IMG/VR virus record: IMGVR_UViG_3300017917_002237
Span: 4,173-68,172 of that record
Source of the DNA: a virus
Reading direction: 5' to 3' (one strand)
DNA: 64,000 nucleotides
In this document: piece after piece, positions 46,905 to 56,184 of the stretch
Position numbering within the stretch: the stretch's first letter is position 1
How the letters are laid out: each line of letters opens with the position of its first letter
Notes under the pieces: generated by a model
Databases searched by the model: none
Seen by the model: the letters and a program-made list of their open reading frames with translations, nothing else
Told to the model about the DNA's origin: nothing
Translations under genes and position numbers: made by a program

Positions 46905-47767
46905 TTGAACAAGCAGAAATACACTGGCATATCACAGACAAATGCCATTATGATTGTGAATATTGTCCCACACGTTATCGTGCAGGTAAAAATACTAATG
47001 GTATAGAAAAATATTTAGATGTAGTCAAAAAATTACAAGACAGTAGATACAAGCACGCAAAGTCTATATACTGGAAAATAGGTGGAGGTGAACCGCTGGC
47101 TTTTAATGGATTAACTACATTACTAAAAGAAATTAAAAAGCAGCCATCTACGATAAGATTAGACACCAGCGGCGGTGATACCTGGTTTAATTTTGTCGAG
47201 GTAAAAAATTTAATCGACATAGTAAAGTTAACACATCATCATTGGCAAAATATCAGTGTATTGGAATTCATAATCGACACCTGCAAAGAAAATCAGGTTG
47301 ACATGATCATTGAAATACCCCTAACTCCGGGCAGAGTAAAAGAAGACCTGGCATTGGTAGACGAATTGCGTGGTAGAGGCGTTAATGCTAGAAAACAAGA
47401 ACTTAGAGATGAACACAATAATTTATGGCCAGGCTACAGCAGGAGAGAGATGAATATAATCATGGGCCTGCCAGAAGATTGGGAACCGCCCCCACCAGGT
47501 TACAATCCCAATCCCCCATATGTTGATCTAAGTGTAGCGCCAGACGACGGGTCTCCAAGTTATACTGGCAAACCCTGCTATGCAGGTGTTGACTATCTGT
47601 TTATCAGCGGTAGAGGCTATACTAATGCCAGCGAGTGTGGTGGCAGAGAACTTGGCAATGTATTTGATGACAACTGGCAGGCTCCGACTACGGCATTTGC
47701 CTGCCCCATGCTATGGTGCAGATCATCAAAAGACAGACAAAGAATTCGAGTAAACTGTCAGGAATAA
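46901..47767 (+). CDS. Radical SAM protein with SPASM/twitch-like C-terminus
   Basis: CHYDCEYC, GGGEP, CYAG..ECG..LGNV..CP..C. Confidence 0.85.
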   Translation: MIEQAEIHWHITDKCHYDCEYCPTRYRAGKNTNGIEKYLDVVKKLQDSRYKHAKSIYWKIGGGEPLAFNGLTTLLKEIKKQPSTIRLDTSGGDTWFNFVEVKNLIDIVKLTHHHWQNISVLEFIIDTCKENQVDMIIEIPLTPGRVKEDLALVDELRGRGVNARKQELRDEHNNLWPGYSRREMNIIMGLPEDWEPPPPGYNPNPPYVDLSVAPDDGSPSYTGKPCYAGVDYLFISGRGYTNASECGGRELGNVFDDNWQAPTTAFACPMLWCRSSKDRQRIRVNCQE

Positions 47768-48285
47768 GTGGTCATGCAGGTTAATTTATAACCCTGTTGA
47801 TTGATAAAACTTATACCTGGTAAAAATTCCAATCCTGCTAGCACCGCATGTATTTGTTGACCAGGTGATATATTCCAGTATTCTGTAAGCAATTCACCAG
47901 TAGCCTTCAATGTGCCGCCGGTGGCTAGTATATCGTCCACCACTAGTACTGGACCTTGTATACTATTTGATTTTAATAGACTCAGTGAAGCAGTACTGTA
48001 TTCTGTATCATAAATTTTGGTCACAACTTCACCAGGCAACTTACCAGGCTTTCTGGCCAAAAACAATGGTATTCTAAGTTCGTCTGCAATAGCGGCTCCC
48101 CAGATAAAGCCACGTGCGTCAATGGCAACAATGCTATTAACATTATTGTTGGTTGCCTGTTTGACGAACCATTTTATAGTATACCTAAATACTTCTGGAT
48201 TTTCTAGTATGCTGGTTACATCCAGAAATTTAACACCGGGTTTGGGAAAGTTATCAACTGTTCTTATAAAATTTTTGATATCCAT
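47758..48285 (-). CDS. apt: Adenine phosphoribosyltransferase
   Basis: NFPKPGVKFLD, DARGF, RKPGKLP, VVDDILATGGT. Confidence 0.93.
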   Translation of the reverse strand: MDIKNFIRTVDNFPKPGVKFLDVTSILENPEVFRYTIKWFVKQATNNNVNSIVAIDARGFIWGAAIADELRIPLFLARKPGKLPGEVVTKIYDTEYSTASLSLLKSNSIQGPVLVVDDILATGGTLKATGELLTEYWNISPGQQIHAVLAGLEFLPGISFINQQGYKLTCMTTYS

Positions 48286-48300
48286 GGGTCACTCATGAAG

Positions 48301-48321
48301 AAAGGGTACAATGTACCCTTT
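48301..48321 (-). terminator. Hairpin terminator
   Basis: AAAGGGTAC-AAT-GTACCCTTT. Confidence 0.55.
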
Positions 48322-48343
48322 ACTTATCTAGCTAGACTAAAGT

Positions 48344-48601
48344 TTAGACTAGACCCAGAGCCATAGCACGATAGCCAGCGGCTACGATTTCACGGCTAGG
48401 AGTACCCAGGCGGTACTTGGTGGTCTCACGACCCTTGGTATCAGTATGCTGGTTAGCATAGATAGCAAAACCCTGGAAGCGCAGGTCACTGACCGTAGCA
48501 CGAGGATTCTTAATACCAAAACGCTGGCTGATTTGAGCAGCGGTCAGCTCTTCACCACTACGGAGAGCTTGCAGAAGCTTACTAGACTTAGTAACGTTCA
48601 T
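48344..48601 (-). CDS. Winged-HTH DNA-binding protein
   Basis: LTAAQISQRFGIKNPRATVSDLRFQG..YRLG. Confidence 0.7.
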   Translation of the reverse strand: MNVTKSSKLLQALRSGEELTAAQISQRFGIKNPRATVSDLRFQGFAIYANQHTDTKGRETTKYRLGTPSREIVAAGYRAMALGLV

Positions 48602-48660
48602 TTTTTGATTTCCTTTAAAGTTCATCGTTGTTAAACAACGTAGATCTATTATTACATAAA

Positions 48661-48695
48661 AAAACGGTAAAAGCAATAGTGCATTTTACCGTTTT
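48661..48695. terminator. Long inverted repeat / terminator
   Basis: AAAACGGTAAAA...TTTTACCGTTTT. Confidence 0.5.
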
Positions 48696-48713
48696 AGTGG
48701 TTTATTTCACCGA

Positions 48714-48974
48714 TTAGGCTTTTTGGTTAATAAACTCGTTTAGGACCTTGGCCTTCTTGATAATTTCTTCCTCTGTGGGGAATGGTTTGAATGAAGGCAT
48801 TGCGGGGAAGTCACTATTTTGAAATCCTGCACTCTCTGCTTTGGCATGTGCGAAGCTGACCTTATTGTTGAACTCGGTCATTGCCATGTCTCTATGTGCA
48901 TGCCAGTCTTGTTCTAGCATTTCTTTTGCCATCTTGAGTAGTTCAAGACGAATTTCGTACCCATTTGTACTCAT
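48714..48974 (-). CDS. Conserved phage helical protein; related to 58587..59036
   Basis: YEIRLELLKMAKEML..FPTEEEIIKKAKVLNEFI. Confidence 0.7.
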   Translation of the reverse strand: MSTNGYEIRLELLKMAKEMLEQDWHAHRDMAMTEFNNKVSFAHAKAESAGFQNSDFPAMPSFKPFPTEEEIIKKAKVLNEFINQKA

Positions 48975-49063
48975 AATAATACCTCTCTATGTGTGTGAAA
49001 ATAGCGTATACGCCTAGTGACGCATACGCTATTATATAGTCTTGTTCTTCTTAAATCTATATA

Positions 49064-49582
49064 TTAGTTACTCAAGACCTTGGAAACTGCATTAATTACG
49101 CTGGCAATTCTACCAATGTCACGCAACTGTTCTACTGTATAACCCTCTTGCTTGAGTGTTTCATAGTGAGCTTTCACACAGAAGTGGCATTTCCCCACAA
49201 TGCTGGCAGCTAGACTATAGGCTTCGAAACGAGCCTTGGTGGTACCACCGTGTGTACTAACAGCATTCATGCGTAGCTGTGCAGGCAAACCTTTTAGGTT
49301 AGCATCATCAGCCATTTCCACATAGGGATACCATGTGTTGTTCATAGCCATCAAACTGGCCGCTGTCAGTGCCGCATCTGCTTCTTTGCGGTCGGCAATT
49401 TGTGCGTGTAGCCAAGTCCAGAACTTACTGTTACCAGTGGCAAAGGCTGCTGCCACTGCAACAGCTTCTGCTTCCTCTACTGGTAGAGTTGAACGCTTGA
49501 TAACTGCGTCAATGTTCAATTTTGAATCTTTGGCATATTCTGGTATGCTAGATTCTTTTAGTGCATCAACCCATGCTGTCAT
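49064..49582 (-). CDS. ahpD: Alkylhydroperoxidase AhpD
   Basis: YAKDSKLN, LMAMNN.WY, PAQLRMN, GKCHFCVKAH. Confidence 0.9.
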   Translation of the reverse strand: MTAWVDALKESSIPEYAKDSKLNIDAVIKRSTLPVEEAEAVAVAAAFATGNSKFWTWLHAQIADRKEADAALTAASLMAMNNTWYPYVEMADDANLKGLPAQLRMNAVSTHGGTTKARFEAYSLAASIVGKCHFCVKAHYETLKQEGYTVEQLRDIGRIASVINAVSKVLSN

Positions 49583-49746
49583 AGTGGATCCTCCTCATCG
49601 TCAAATACACTTAATTCGTATTTTTCTAATTCTATCTGGTAATCTTCTTCGCTGAGATTATGCCATCCCATGCACTTACCGTTTGGGCTTCGGCCGCAGC
49701 CACAAGCGCCAAACTCTTCTGTATTTTCTTTCACTCTTACTTGCAT
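49579..49746 (-). CDS. 55-aa CDGSH-like (putative 2Fe-2S) protein (not in ORF track)
   Basis: CGCGRSPNGKCMGWH; ATGA overlap with ahpD. Confidence 0.6.
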   Translation of the reverse strand: MQVRVKENTEEFGACGCGRSPNGKCMGWHNLSEEDYQIELEKYELSVFDDEEDPL

Positions 49747-50141
49747 TTTGTTGCCTCCGCTAATTCTTTATAGCCTGCCCAACTTGGATGAACTCCGTCT
49801 TTCTGCAGACTTTTTATAGGAAGAACTGTGTCTCCGTATTCTGCCGCCATCTGCTTTATAGTTTCCTGAATATCAGGTTTAATTGCAGGCAAAATCCAAA
49901 AAACGCAGGCGTTAGTTCCTACTTTTTCTCTAATACGTTGTAATTCTGCCTTGGTTCTAACGCCTTTATGATCATTAGAACCAAGACTGATAATCACAGT
50001 TTTGGCAGTTAGATCATTTTTTAAATAATCACGATTCCACTGCCATGTATTCCAACCTCCCTTTGCATAGGCAACACATTCAGTTTTAAACTGGTGTGTA
50101 CCCACAGCTATACTATCTCCTAAGATTAAACAATCAAGCAT
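49737..50141 (-). CDS. SGNH/GDSL hydrolase
   Basis: GDSI, LGSND, DGVHP. Confidence 0.8.
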   Translation of the reverse strand: MLDCLILGDSIAVGTHQFKTECVAYAKGGWNTWQWNRDYLKNDLTAKTVIISLGSNDHKGVRTKAELQRIREKVGTNACVFWILPAIKPDIQETIKQMAAEYGDTVLPIKSLQKDGVHPSWAGYKELAEATKCK

Positions 50142-50763
50142 GATATCCCTTTGCACTTAATACGATTTTACAAATATGTTCCAGTCGTTCGATGTGTTCA
50201 AAAGCCCTCCATGGGCTAGTATCAATAGCAACAACGCCGTGCCCTTTAATGCCAACAATGTCGTAATCAATATTGCCGTTTTTATCAAGACCCAATTTCT
50301 CATGACACTGATCAGCAAGTTCTTGACTAATGGGCGGAACATCTCCCACGTTAGGTGCCACCTTAGTATAGCGACTAAGTTCAGGAAAGTCATTGGCCAA
50401 GGTACTTAACTCGATCCCACAATGCATGGCCGCAATGCAGTAAGTTGGGTGTAGATGCACCACAACCCTAACTTCATTACTGTGTTGCCCCATATTTTTT
50501 TGCAGACCAAAATGTAGTGGAATTTCCCCGCTGGGCTTTAACGCACTGCTGATGTCACTATAAGTTTCCTCCCGCCACATTAGGCCGCTGACAATTTTAA
50601 TCTTCTTGAACTGGTCAGGCTGTAGTGTTTGCTTACGGACGCCACTGGGTGTGATATAAAAGTGATCACGGTCGTGATGACGAATACTTACATTGCCATC
50701 ACGACTGGTAATCCAGTTACGTCTATATGCTTCAACTAAGGTGTCGCATATAGTTTCTAACAT
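50134..50763 (-). CDS. Class II aldolase/adducin family protein
   Basis: DGNVS, ITPSG, PSGEIPLH, HLHP, GHGVV. Confidence 0.9.
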   Translation of the reverse strand: MLETICDTLVEAYRRNWITSRDGNVSIRHHDRDHFYITPSGVRKQTLQPDQFKKIKIVSGLMWREETYSDISSALKPSGEIPLHFGLQKNMGQHSNEVRVVVHLHPTYCIAAMHCGIELSTLANDFPELSRYTKVAPNVGDVPPISQELADQCHEKLGLDKNGNIDYDIVGIKGHGVVAIDTSPWRAFEHIERLEHICKIVLSAKGYHA

Positions 50764-51308
50764 TACAGAGTCTCACCGCCTATAGCACGATTGCAAGGGC
50801 ATAGCTCGCCAGTCTGTAGTGCATCTAGCACACGCAGAGTTTCGTCTGGGCTACGGCCAACGTCCAGGTTGTTTACTGTGACATGTTGAATAACATTGTC
50901 CGGATCAACAATGAATGTAGCACGTAATGCGGCACCTGCTGGAGCGTAGAATACACCAAGCTGTTCAGCAAGGCTTAGTTCGCCACGAGCAACGTCAGCA
51001 AACATCCAGCTGTTGGTCTTCTTTAAGTCTTCGTGGTGTGTACGCCATGCTAACTTACAGAACTCGTTGTCTGTGCTGCCTGTTAGTAGGATAGCATCAC
51101 GGTCAGCAAAATCGCCAACCAACTTGTCATAGGCAACGATTTCTGTAGGACATACGAAAGTAAAGTCCTTAGGATAGAATACGATGACTTTCCACTTGCC
51201 TTCGAAACTACGTTCTGTAATTGTTTCAAAAGCATTGTCTGGTGTCAGAGCACCTGGTTTAACGCCAGTTACTGCAAAGGCTGTTAGTTTATCACCTACT
51301 GTTTTCAT
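50763..51308 (-). CDS. ahpC: Peroxiredoxin AhpC
   Basis: FYPKDFTFVCPTE, RATFIVDP, VGRS.DE.LRVLDALQ, CPC. Confidence 0.95.
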   Translation of the reverse strand: MKTVGDKLTAFAVTGVKPGALTPDNAFETITERSFEGKWKVIVFYPKDFTFVCPTEIVAYDKLVGDFADRDAILLTGSTDNEFCKLAWRTHHEDLKKTNSWMFADVARGELSLAEQLGVFYAPAGAALRATFIVDPDNVIQHVTVNNLDVGRSPDETLRVLDALQTGELCPCNRAIGGETL

Positions 51309-51332
51309 TTGTGTTTCCTTTATAAAAATGAA

Positions 51333-51683
51333 TTATTTTTGTGATTTGCAATTCGGGCAAATCAATTCTAAATTTTTCTCTGCATTGTTATGGCTATTGC
51401 CATCCCTATAGTCTACTAGTAGAGGAATGGGTTCTCCGTTATGCAATGTATTCTCGCATACTTCACAACGATGGCCGCGATCCTGTATCAAATACTTCTT
51501 AACATACTCAGGCACTTGGCGCCATGCTGTTTCACCCTGATGTTCTTTCCACTCACTGACTAATAGTCTGCCACGGTGTTGCTGCTGGCAGCTATTATTG
51601 CAGTATTTGTTAGTGTAACTGTGGCCCTTGATAGGGTTAACTTTTCCACAGTTTAGACAAGTAAAACAACCTAAATTTGACAT
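51333..51683 (-). CDS. Zinc-binding HNH-like protein (catalytic His apparently lost)
   Basis: CLNC, YCNNSC, CEVC, VDYRDGNSHNN..NLELICPNCK. Confidence 0.7.
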   Translation of the reverse strand: MSNLGCFTCLNCGKVNPIKGHSYTNKYCNNSCQQQHRGRLLVSEWKEHQGETAWRQVPEYVKKYLIQDRGHRCEVCENTLHNGEPIPLLVDYRDGNSHNNAEKNLELICPNCKSQK

Positions 51684-51698
51684 CAGTTCCTCATTCTA

Positions 51699-51755
51699 GT
51701 AGAGCACATTGTAGAGCACATTGTAGAGCACTATGTCTAATATTTACTGCTCTAC
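51699..51755. repeat. GTAGAGCACATT tandem (2.75 copies) plus inverted TGCTCTAC
   Basis: 51699-51731 direct copies; 51748-51755 inverted copy. Confidence 0.85.
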
Positions 51756-51888
51756 ACCAGACATTATATACAACTTTAATATATTTTGTACATCAGTTTA
51801 GCCGATTTATCTGAGTAGACTGATCTATTATTAAATTGCATAATACTTACTTTTGTAGTACATTACATTCACAGACAGACGGAGTTCT

Positions 51889-52659
51889 ATGAAAAAAATT
51901 GTTACACCAATAGCACTTGCTAGTATGTTGATCTGGGCACAGCGTTCTGATGCTCAAGTGTTACAACTAGCAATACCATGTTCAGCAGGTTGTTTAATAC
52001 ACCAAGCAGCCAATGTTCTCAGTGATTACGGCGAAAGTCAGGGCATCAAGATTGTTGCAATACCACACAAAACTTCCGTCATTGCTGTTAACAATGCCAT
52101 TGAAAGGAAATGGCCCATAATTGGAGATGTTGTTGATCTTCAACAGCATGCAAACTTTTCACAATTAGAAAAGAACATCAAAATAGGAACTCCCACCATG
52201 GTTTTGGTTGTTAATAAGACCATGAACTTAAACTCCCTTGATGACGTTGTTGCCTATGAAAAAACTAACCCAGGAAAATTAAACTGGTCCCAAGCGGGTC
52301 ATGTGCAGGAAAAAATGATTACCGCGTTTGCACAACAAAAAACCCTGAATGCAGACAAAATTCAACGCATAAACTATGCGGGCCTGAATTTTATTTCTGA
52401 CATTATCAATAATGATGTTCAGCTTGGGTTTGTCAGTGCGGCAGTGGCCACCAGAGTCAAAGATCACGTTAAAATTATCAATATTGAAAATGAAACCGAA
52501 TTAAAAAGAACGGTGGGCGGTATGACCATATTTTTTAATTCCGATATGAATTCAATTGAAAAAAACACCTGGAAAAGTTTGATAGAACGATTTCTGCAGG
52601 ATGGACCCTCTCTGGCAAAACTTCAGAGATTGTATATTGATACATCCTTGGTAAAATAA
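51889..52659 (+). CDS. Divergent Bug/TctC-like periplasmic binding protein
   Basis: Signal peptide; VLVVN..NSLDDVVAYEKTNPGKLNWS; INY..DIINNDVQLG. Confidence 0.6.
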   Translation: MKKIVTPIALASMLIWAQRSDAQVLQLAIPCSAGCLIHQAANVLSDYGESQGIKIVAIPHKTSVIAVNNAIERKWPIIGDVVDLQQHANFSQLEKNIKIGTPTMVLVVNKTMNLNSLDDVVAYEKTNPGKLNWSQAGHVQEKMITAFAQQKTLNADKIQRINYAGLNFISDIINNDVQLGFVSAAVATRVKDHVKIINIENETELKRTVGGMTIFFNSDMNSIEKNTWKSLIERFLQDGPSLAKLQRLYIDTSLVK

Positions 52660-53405
52660 TGGATATAATTATAAAACCATCATGCCATTTTCCTATTTGG
52701 CATAGGGTGGGATCACTGGTCATTCCACAAAAGTATAATGATCTCAATAGACGAAATAGATTGATCCATTTAGAATATGGTGGGGTAGTGGAAAGGTTTT
52801 ATGCCAGTGATAGCACCGCGTCACTTATTAGTCGACTACATGGTATAACCAACTACAATAACCTACCAGATGTTATTAAGTTTGATTATAACGAACTAGA
52901 AGGCGCAGGCATGTCTGCTATTAACATAAGCGATCTAATAACGCTTACTTATAAACTGCTGGCGCTAAAACACAACTGCAAGGAAAAAATTCCCTTGCTC
53001 AGTGGTTTCGTCCAACAACCAATATCAAGTTCCTTTCAGAAAGAATTAATAGACGCTGGATTCAGGGGCGGTGGTAATAGCTTTGGTGTATTAAGAGATA
53101 AAATTAAATACGTTAAAGAAACTAAACATTGGTTATTGTTTCCCGACACCTGGTCGGAGGGAGTAGTTGATCAGAAGATAAAAACACCAGTAAACCGAAA
53201 TAGTGTAGATTTTGAACTGACATTTAGACAACAACAAGTTCTACATCTAATTAAAAATCGTGGTTTGACTAATAAACAAATAGCCAAAGAACTAGGCGTT
53301 GGTGAGCAGGCAATTAAATTACACATTAGTGTGCTATTGAAGAAGTATGGTGTTCAGAACCGAATGCAGTTGGCCCTGGCATCAGATGCACGGCTAAAAA
53401 TTTGA
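52659..53405 (+). CDS. LuxR/GerE-type HTH regulator with unknown N-terminal domain
   Basis: LTFRQQQVLHLI..GLTNKQIAKELGVGEQAIKLHISVLLKKYGVQNRMQL. Confidence 0.8.
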   Translation: MDIIIKPSCHFPIWHRVGSLVIPQKYNDLNRRNRLIHLEYGGVVERFYASDSTASLISRLHGITNYNNLPDVIKFDYNELEGAGMSAINISDLITLTYKLLALKHNCKEKIPLLSGFVQQPISSSFQKELIDAGFRGGGNSFGVLRDKIKYVKETKHWLLFPDTWSEGVVDQKIKTPVNRNSVDFELTFRQQQVLHLIKNRGLTNKQIAKELGVGEQAIKLHISVLLKKYGVQNRMQLALASDARLKI

Positions 53406-53413
53406 CTATCTTA

Positions 53414-53429
53414 CTTAACTATAGTTAAG
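53414..53429. promoter_or_regulatory. Perfect 16-bp palindrome, candidate operator
   Basis: CTTAACTATAGTTAAG between the two LuxR genes. Confidence 0.5.
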
Positions 53430-53558
53430 CAGCGTAAAACTCTAAACATTCTAAATACTACTAACAGTATTCTACTCCAGTACATGTTGTACCAGAGTAC
53501 TTAACAAATGATACTAGACTGTTATTAAGTATTTTAAACCAATGTTTAGGAGTTTTCG

Positions 53559-54290
53559 ATGACTAAGGTAATATCTACTAGTGCTTCCAAGCAGGCAGGC
53601 ATAGAAGAATGTGAAAAGATACAGCAAAGACTGTCACGTGATTTTCCAGATCTATGCATAGACAGATTAGACAATACCAGCGAGATATTTCCCTTGCTGG
53701 CCAATCCAGAATTTCATATAGATTATGTTATACTTGATCTAGATGTCACTGGTAAAAATAAAAATATAGATACATTTGAATTGGTGCATGCACTGCATAC
53801 ACTGATTAAATGTACCGTTCAGCGTGTTAGCAGTGGCAAAACTGCAAAACGTACCACAAAGATCGTGGGCCTGGCCAGAGACGACACTAGCCTAGAAAGA
53901 ATAAAAGAAGCTATATCATTTAATGATATAGACTTTATCATGGCAGGCTGCTCTAAAACCTATGGCCATGATGTTGTGGCAGATGAATTCAAAGCCATAC
54001 TAGAGGGCAAAGCTGACAGAGTGTCACCACTGATCAAGAAGAGGGTGCAGGCCAGTAAGAAAAAGGCAACATCAGATTCTGATATTAGACTGACGCCAAG
54101 GCAGGCGCAGATACTAAACATTATTAATACCAGAGGTGCTAGCAATAAGATTATTGCTAGAATGCTCAATATCAGTGAGAGCACGGTTAAACTACACATT
54201 GGTGCTATACTAAAAAAATATGGCGTTCGCAATAGAACTCAGCTGGCCATATTTTCCAAACAGGCAACAAACTCCTCCGCTGAAGTATAG
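53559..54290 (+). CDS. NarL/LuxR-type regulator with degenerate receiver-like domain
   Basis: IDYVILDLD, KIVGL; LTPRQAQIL..GASNKIIARMLNISESTVKLHIGAILKKYGVRNRTQL. Confidence 0.85.
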   Translation: MTKVISTSASKQAGIEECEKIQQRLSRDFPDLCIDRLDNTSEIFPLLANPEFHIDYVILDLDVTGKNKNIDTFELVHALHTLIKCTVQRVSSGKTAKRTTKIVGLARDDTSLERIKEAISFNDIDFIMAGCSKTYGHDVVADEFKAILEGKADRVSPLIKKRVQASKKKATSDSDIRLTPRQAQILNIINTRGASNKIIARMLNISESTVKLHIGAILKKYGVRNRTQLAIFSKQATNSSAEV

Positions 54291-54381
54291 TATAAACCAC
54301 CCGCTACCTTTTTGAAGTAGAATACCCTGTAAGTAGTTTAGAGATTATGAATTCTCGAAACTAATATTAGGAGTATTCTAC

Positions 54382-55134
54382 ATGGATGTGAGTACAACAA
54401 CAGGAGGCGGTGACTTCCTATCAGGTGCAGGTGGTCTAGGTGCAGGCGGTGGTTTCATCGGTGGTATCATTCTAGGTGCCCTACTAAACAACGGTAACGG
54501 TGGTGGATTATTTGGGAATAACAGAAACAATGTTCCATTTGACCCACAAGCACAGGCAAACATGAGTTTGATGCAATCTATTGGCGCAGTTGATAAAGCA
54601 GTTGCAGTAAGCACAGCCGCCATGGAGGCAAGCCAGGCGAACCAAACTATTGGTATCACAAGCCAGTTCAACAACACAACAGCTTCTTTGGCCGCTCGTG
54701 TTGAAGGTGTAAAAGATGCTGTTAACGGAAATGCCGTTGCATTAATGCAGCAGTTGAATCAGGTCAACACTCAGGTAATGCAAACTGCTAATGACACCCA
54801 GACAGCAATATCCAATGATGGTGACAAGACTCGTGCATTGATCACAGCACAATACGAAGCGATGTTAAATCGTCAAATAACTGATGCAAATGCTCGAGTT
54901 ATTGCTCTTGAAACTCGTTTCGATGGTGCCGAGCGTGCCCGCGGTATTGAAGTTAATACAACAAATAACATCAACCAGATGCAACAACAAACTCAACAAC
55001 AAGCACAGTATGGCCAGCTATACAATATGCTATGGGGGTTGGGGCAATCAATTAGAGCAAACAACGAGGCTATAAATGTTGGAAGCGGTACGCTAACTGC
55101 CAGCCCAACCAACACAAACACAAACATTAGATAA
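54382..55134 (+). CDS. Gly-rich N-terminus / helical / Gln-Asn-rich C-terminus protein
   Basis: GAGGGFIGGIILGALLNNGNGGGLFG; DGDKTRALI; NINQMQQQTQQQAQ; TNTNTNIR; AGGAG RBS. Confidence 0.75.
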   Translation: MDVSTTTGGGDFLSGAGGLGAGGGFIGGIILGALLNNGNGGGLFGNNRNNVPFDPQAQANMSLMQSIGAVDKAVAVSTAAMEASQANQTIGITSQFNNTTASLAARVEGVKDAVNGNAVALMQQLNQVNTQVMQTANDTQTAISNDGDKTRALITAQYEAMLNRQITDANARVIALETRFDGAERARGIEVNTTNNINQMQQQTQQQAQYGQLYNMLWGLGQSIRANNEAINVGSGTLTASPTNTNTNIR

Positions 55135-55149
55135 TCTTTCTCTAATGCG

Positions 55150-55617
55150 ATGGCCAAATTATCACAGACACAGACGCTAAGACCCATCGGAATGTGGGCA
55201 CCACTACCCCCGGTGCCCATTATTCCGCTTGGCTGTCCTAGCCCAGAATTTGACATCGTAAATTATACAACAACCACCCCCGGACCCCCAGGCCCACCAG
55301 GCCCGCCGGGTCCCCCTGGTCCACCCGGCACCCCCGGGTTGGTACCCGTTACAGAAGTAACAACATCAGAATTTACACCCACAGCGGATGACTATTTCCT
55401 CTGTGTTGATCACGCTGGTCAAGTTGTGATTACATTGCCTACAGGTATATTAGGTACTGTTTATATTGTTAAAGATTGCAGTGGCAATGCCTCTGTGGCT
55501 AATCCTATTATTGTACAAGGCAATTTACAAAACGTAGATGGAGCCACATCTACAATTAATACTCCCTATGGGAGTCTAACATTCATATTCAACGGCACTG
55601 AATGGAGCATTGCATAA
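55150..55617 (+). CDS. Collagen-like (GPP)n protein with shared C-terminal beta domain
   Basis: PGPPGPPGPPGPPGPPGTPG; ITLP..G..YIVKD..G..INTPYGSLTFIFNGTEW. Confidence 0.75.
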   Translation: MAKLSQTQTLRPIGMWAPLPPVPIIPLGCPSPEFDIVNYTTTTPGPPGPPGPPGPPGPPGTPGLVPVTEVTTSEFTPTADDYFLCVDHAGQVVITLPTGILGTVYIVKDCSGNASVANPIIVQGNLQNVDGATSTINTPYGSLTFIFNGTEWSIA

Positions 55618-56171
55618 TGGGCTTCAAGGAACCGTTTGCTAGTACCGGTGACTGGGGAGTCATGAGAGCAGGGTCCGGCCTCAGTGTTGTTGACGGCATT
55701 GTGTCTGTAGAACCCAGTCCGGGTATTCATGACGTTGGTTATTTTTATAGTACACTAACGCAGACAAATTTATTACTAACCAATATTGTCAGTTGTACCA
55801 ACACTACACTGAGTCAAGGTGTTACATTGGTAGGCGGCACACGGTTTACAGTTAGTAAAACAGGAAACTATACATTAAACTATACCATACAATTTGATAA
55901 AACTGCCGGCGGCGCCGCAGCCAACATGGATATATGGTTAAGACGAAATGGTCTAGATGTCGCCGACAGCAACAGCAACTTTACCATTACCAACAATAAT
56001 GCTGCCATAGTAGCAGGTGCCAATTACACGCTGACTATGACAGCCGGAGATTATTTAGAATTGGCCTGGCATAGTGCCAGTGCCAACGCAGAATTGCTGG
56101 CCTTACCAGCACAAGTGGGTCCCGTAAGACCTGCAAGTCCTAGTGTCAGAGTTACACTATTACAAGTATAA
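55617..56171 (+). CDS. C1q/BclA-C-like head-domain protein
   Basis: FTVSKTGNYTLNYTIQF, DIWLRRNG, AGDYLELAW; TAATG coupling. Confidence 0.7.
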   Translation: MGFKEPFASTGDWGVMRAGSGLSVVDGIVSVEPSPGIHDVGYFYSTLTQTNLLLTNIVSCTNTTLSQGVTLVGGTRFTVSKTGNYTLNYTIQFDKTAGGAAANMDIWLRRNGLDVADSNSNFTITNNNAAIVAGANYTLTMTAGDYLELAWHSASANAELLALPAQVGPVRPASPSVRVTLLQV

Positions 56172-56184
56172 AAGAAAGACAACT

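Noticed and set aside
51699-51755. Possible CRISPR array
   Set aside because: 12-bp contiguous repeats with no spacers and no cas genes
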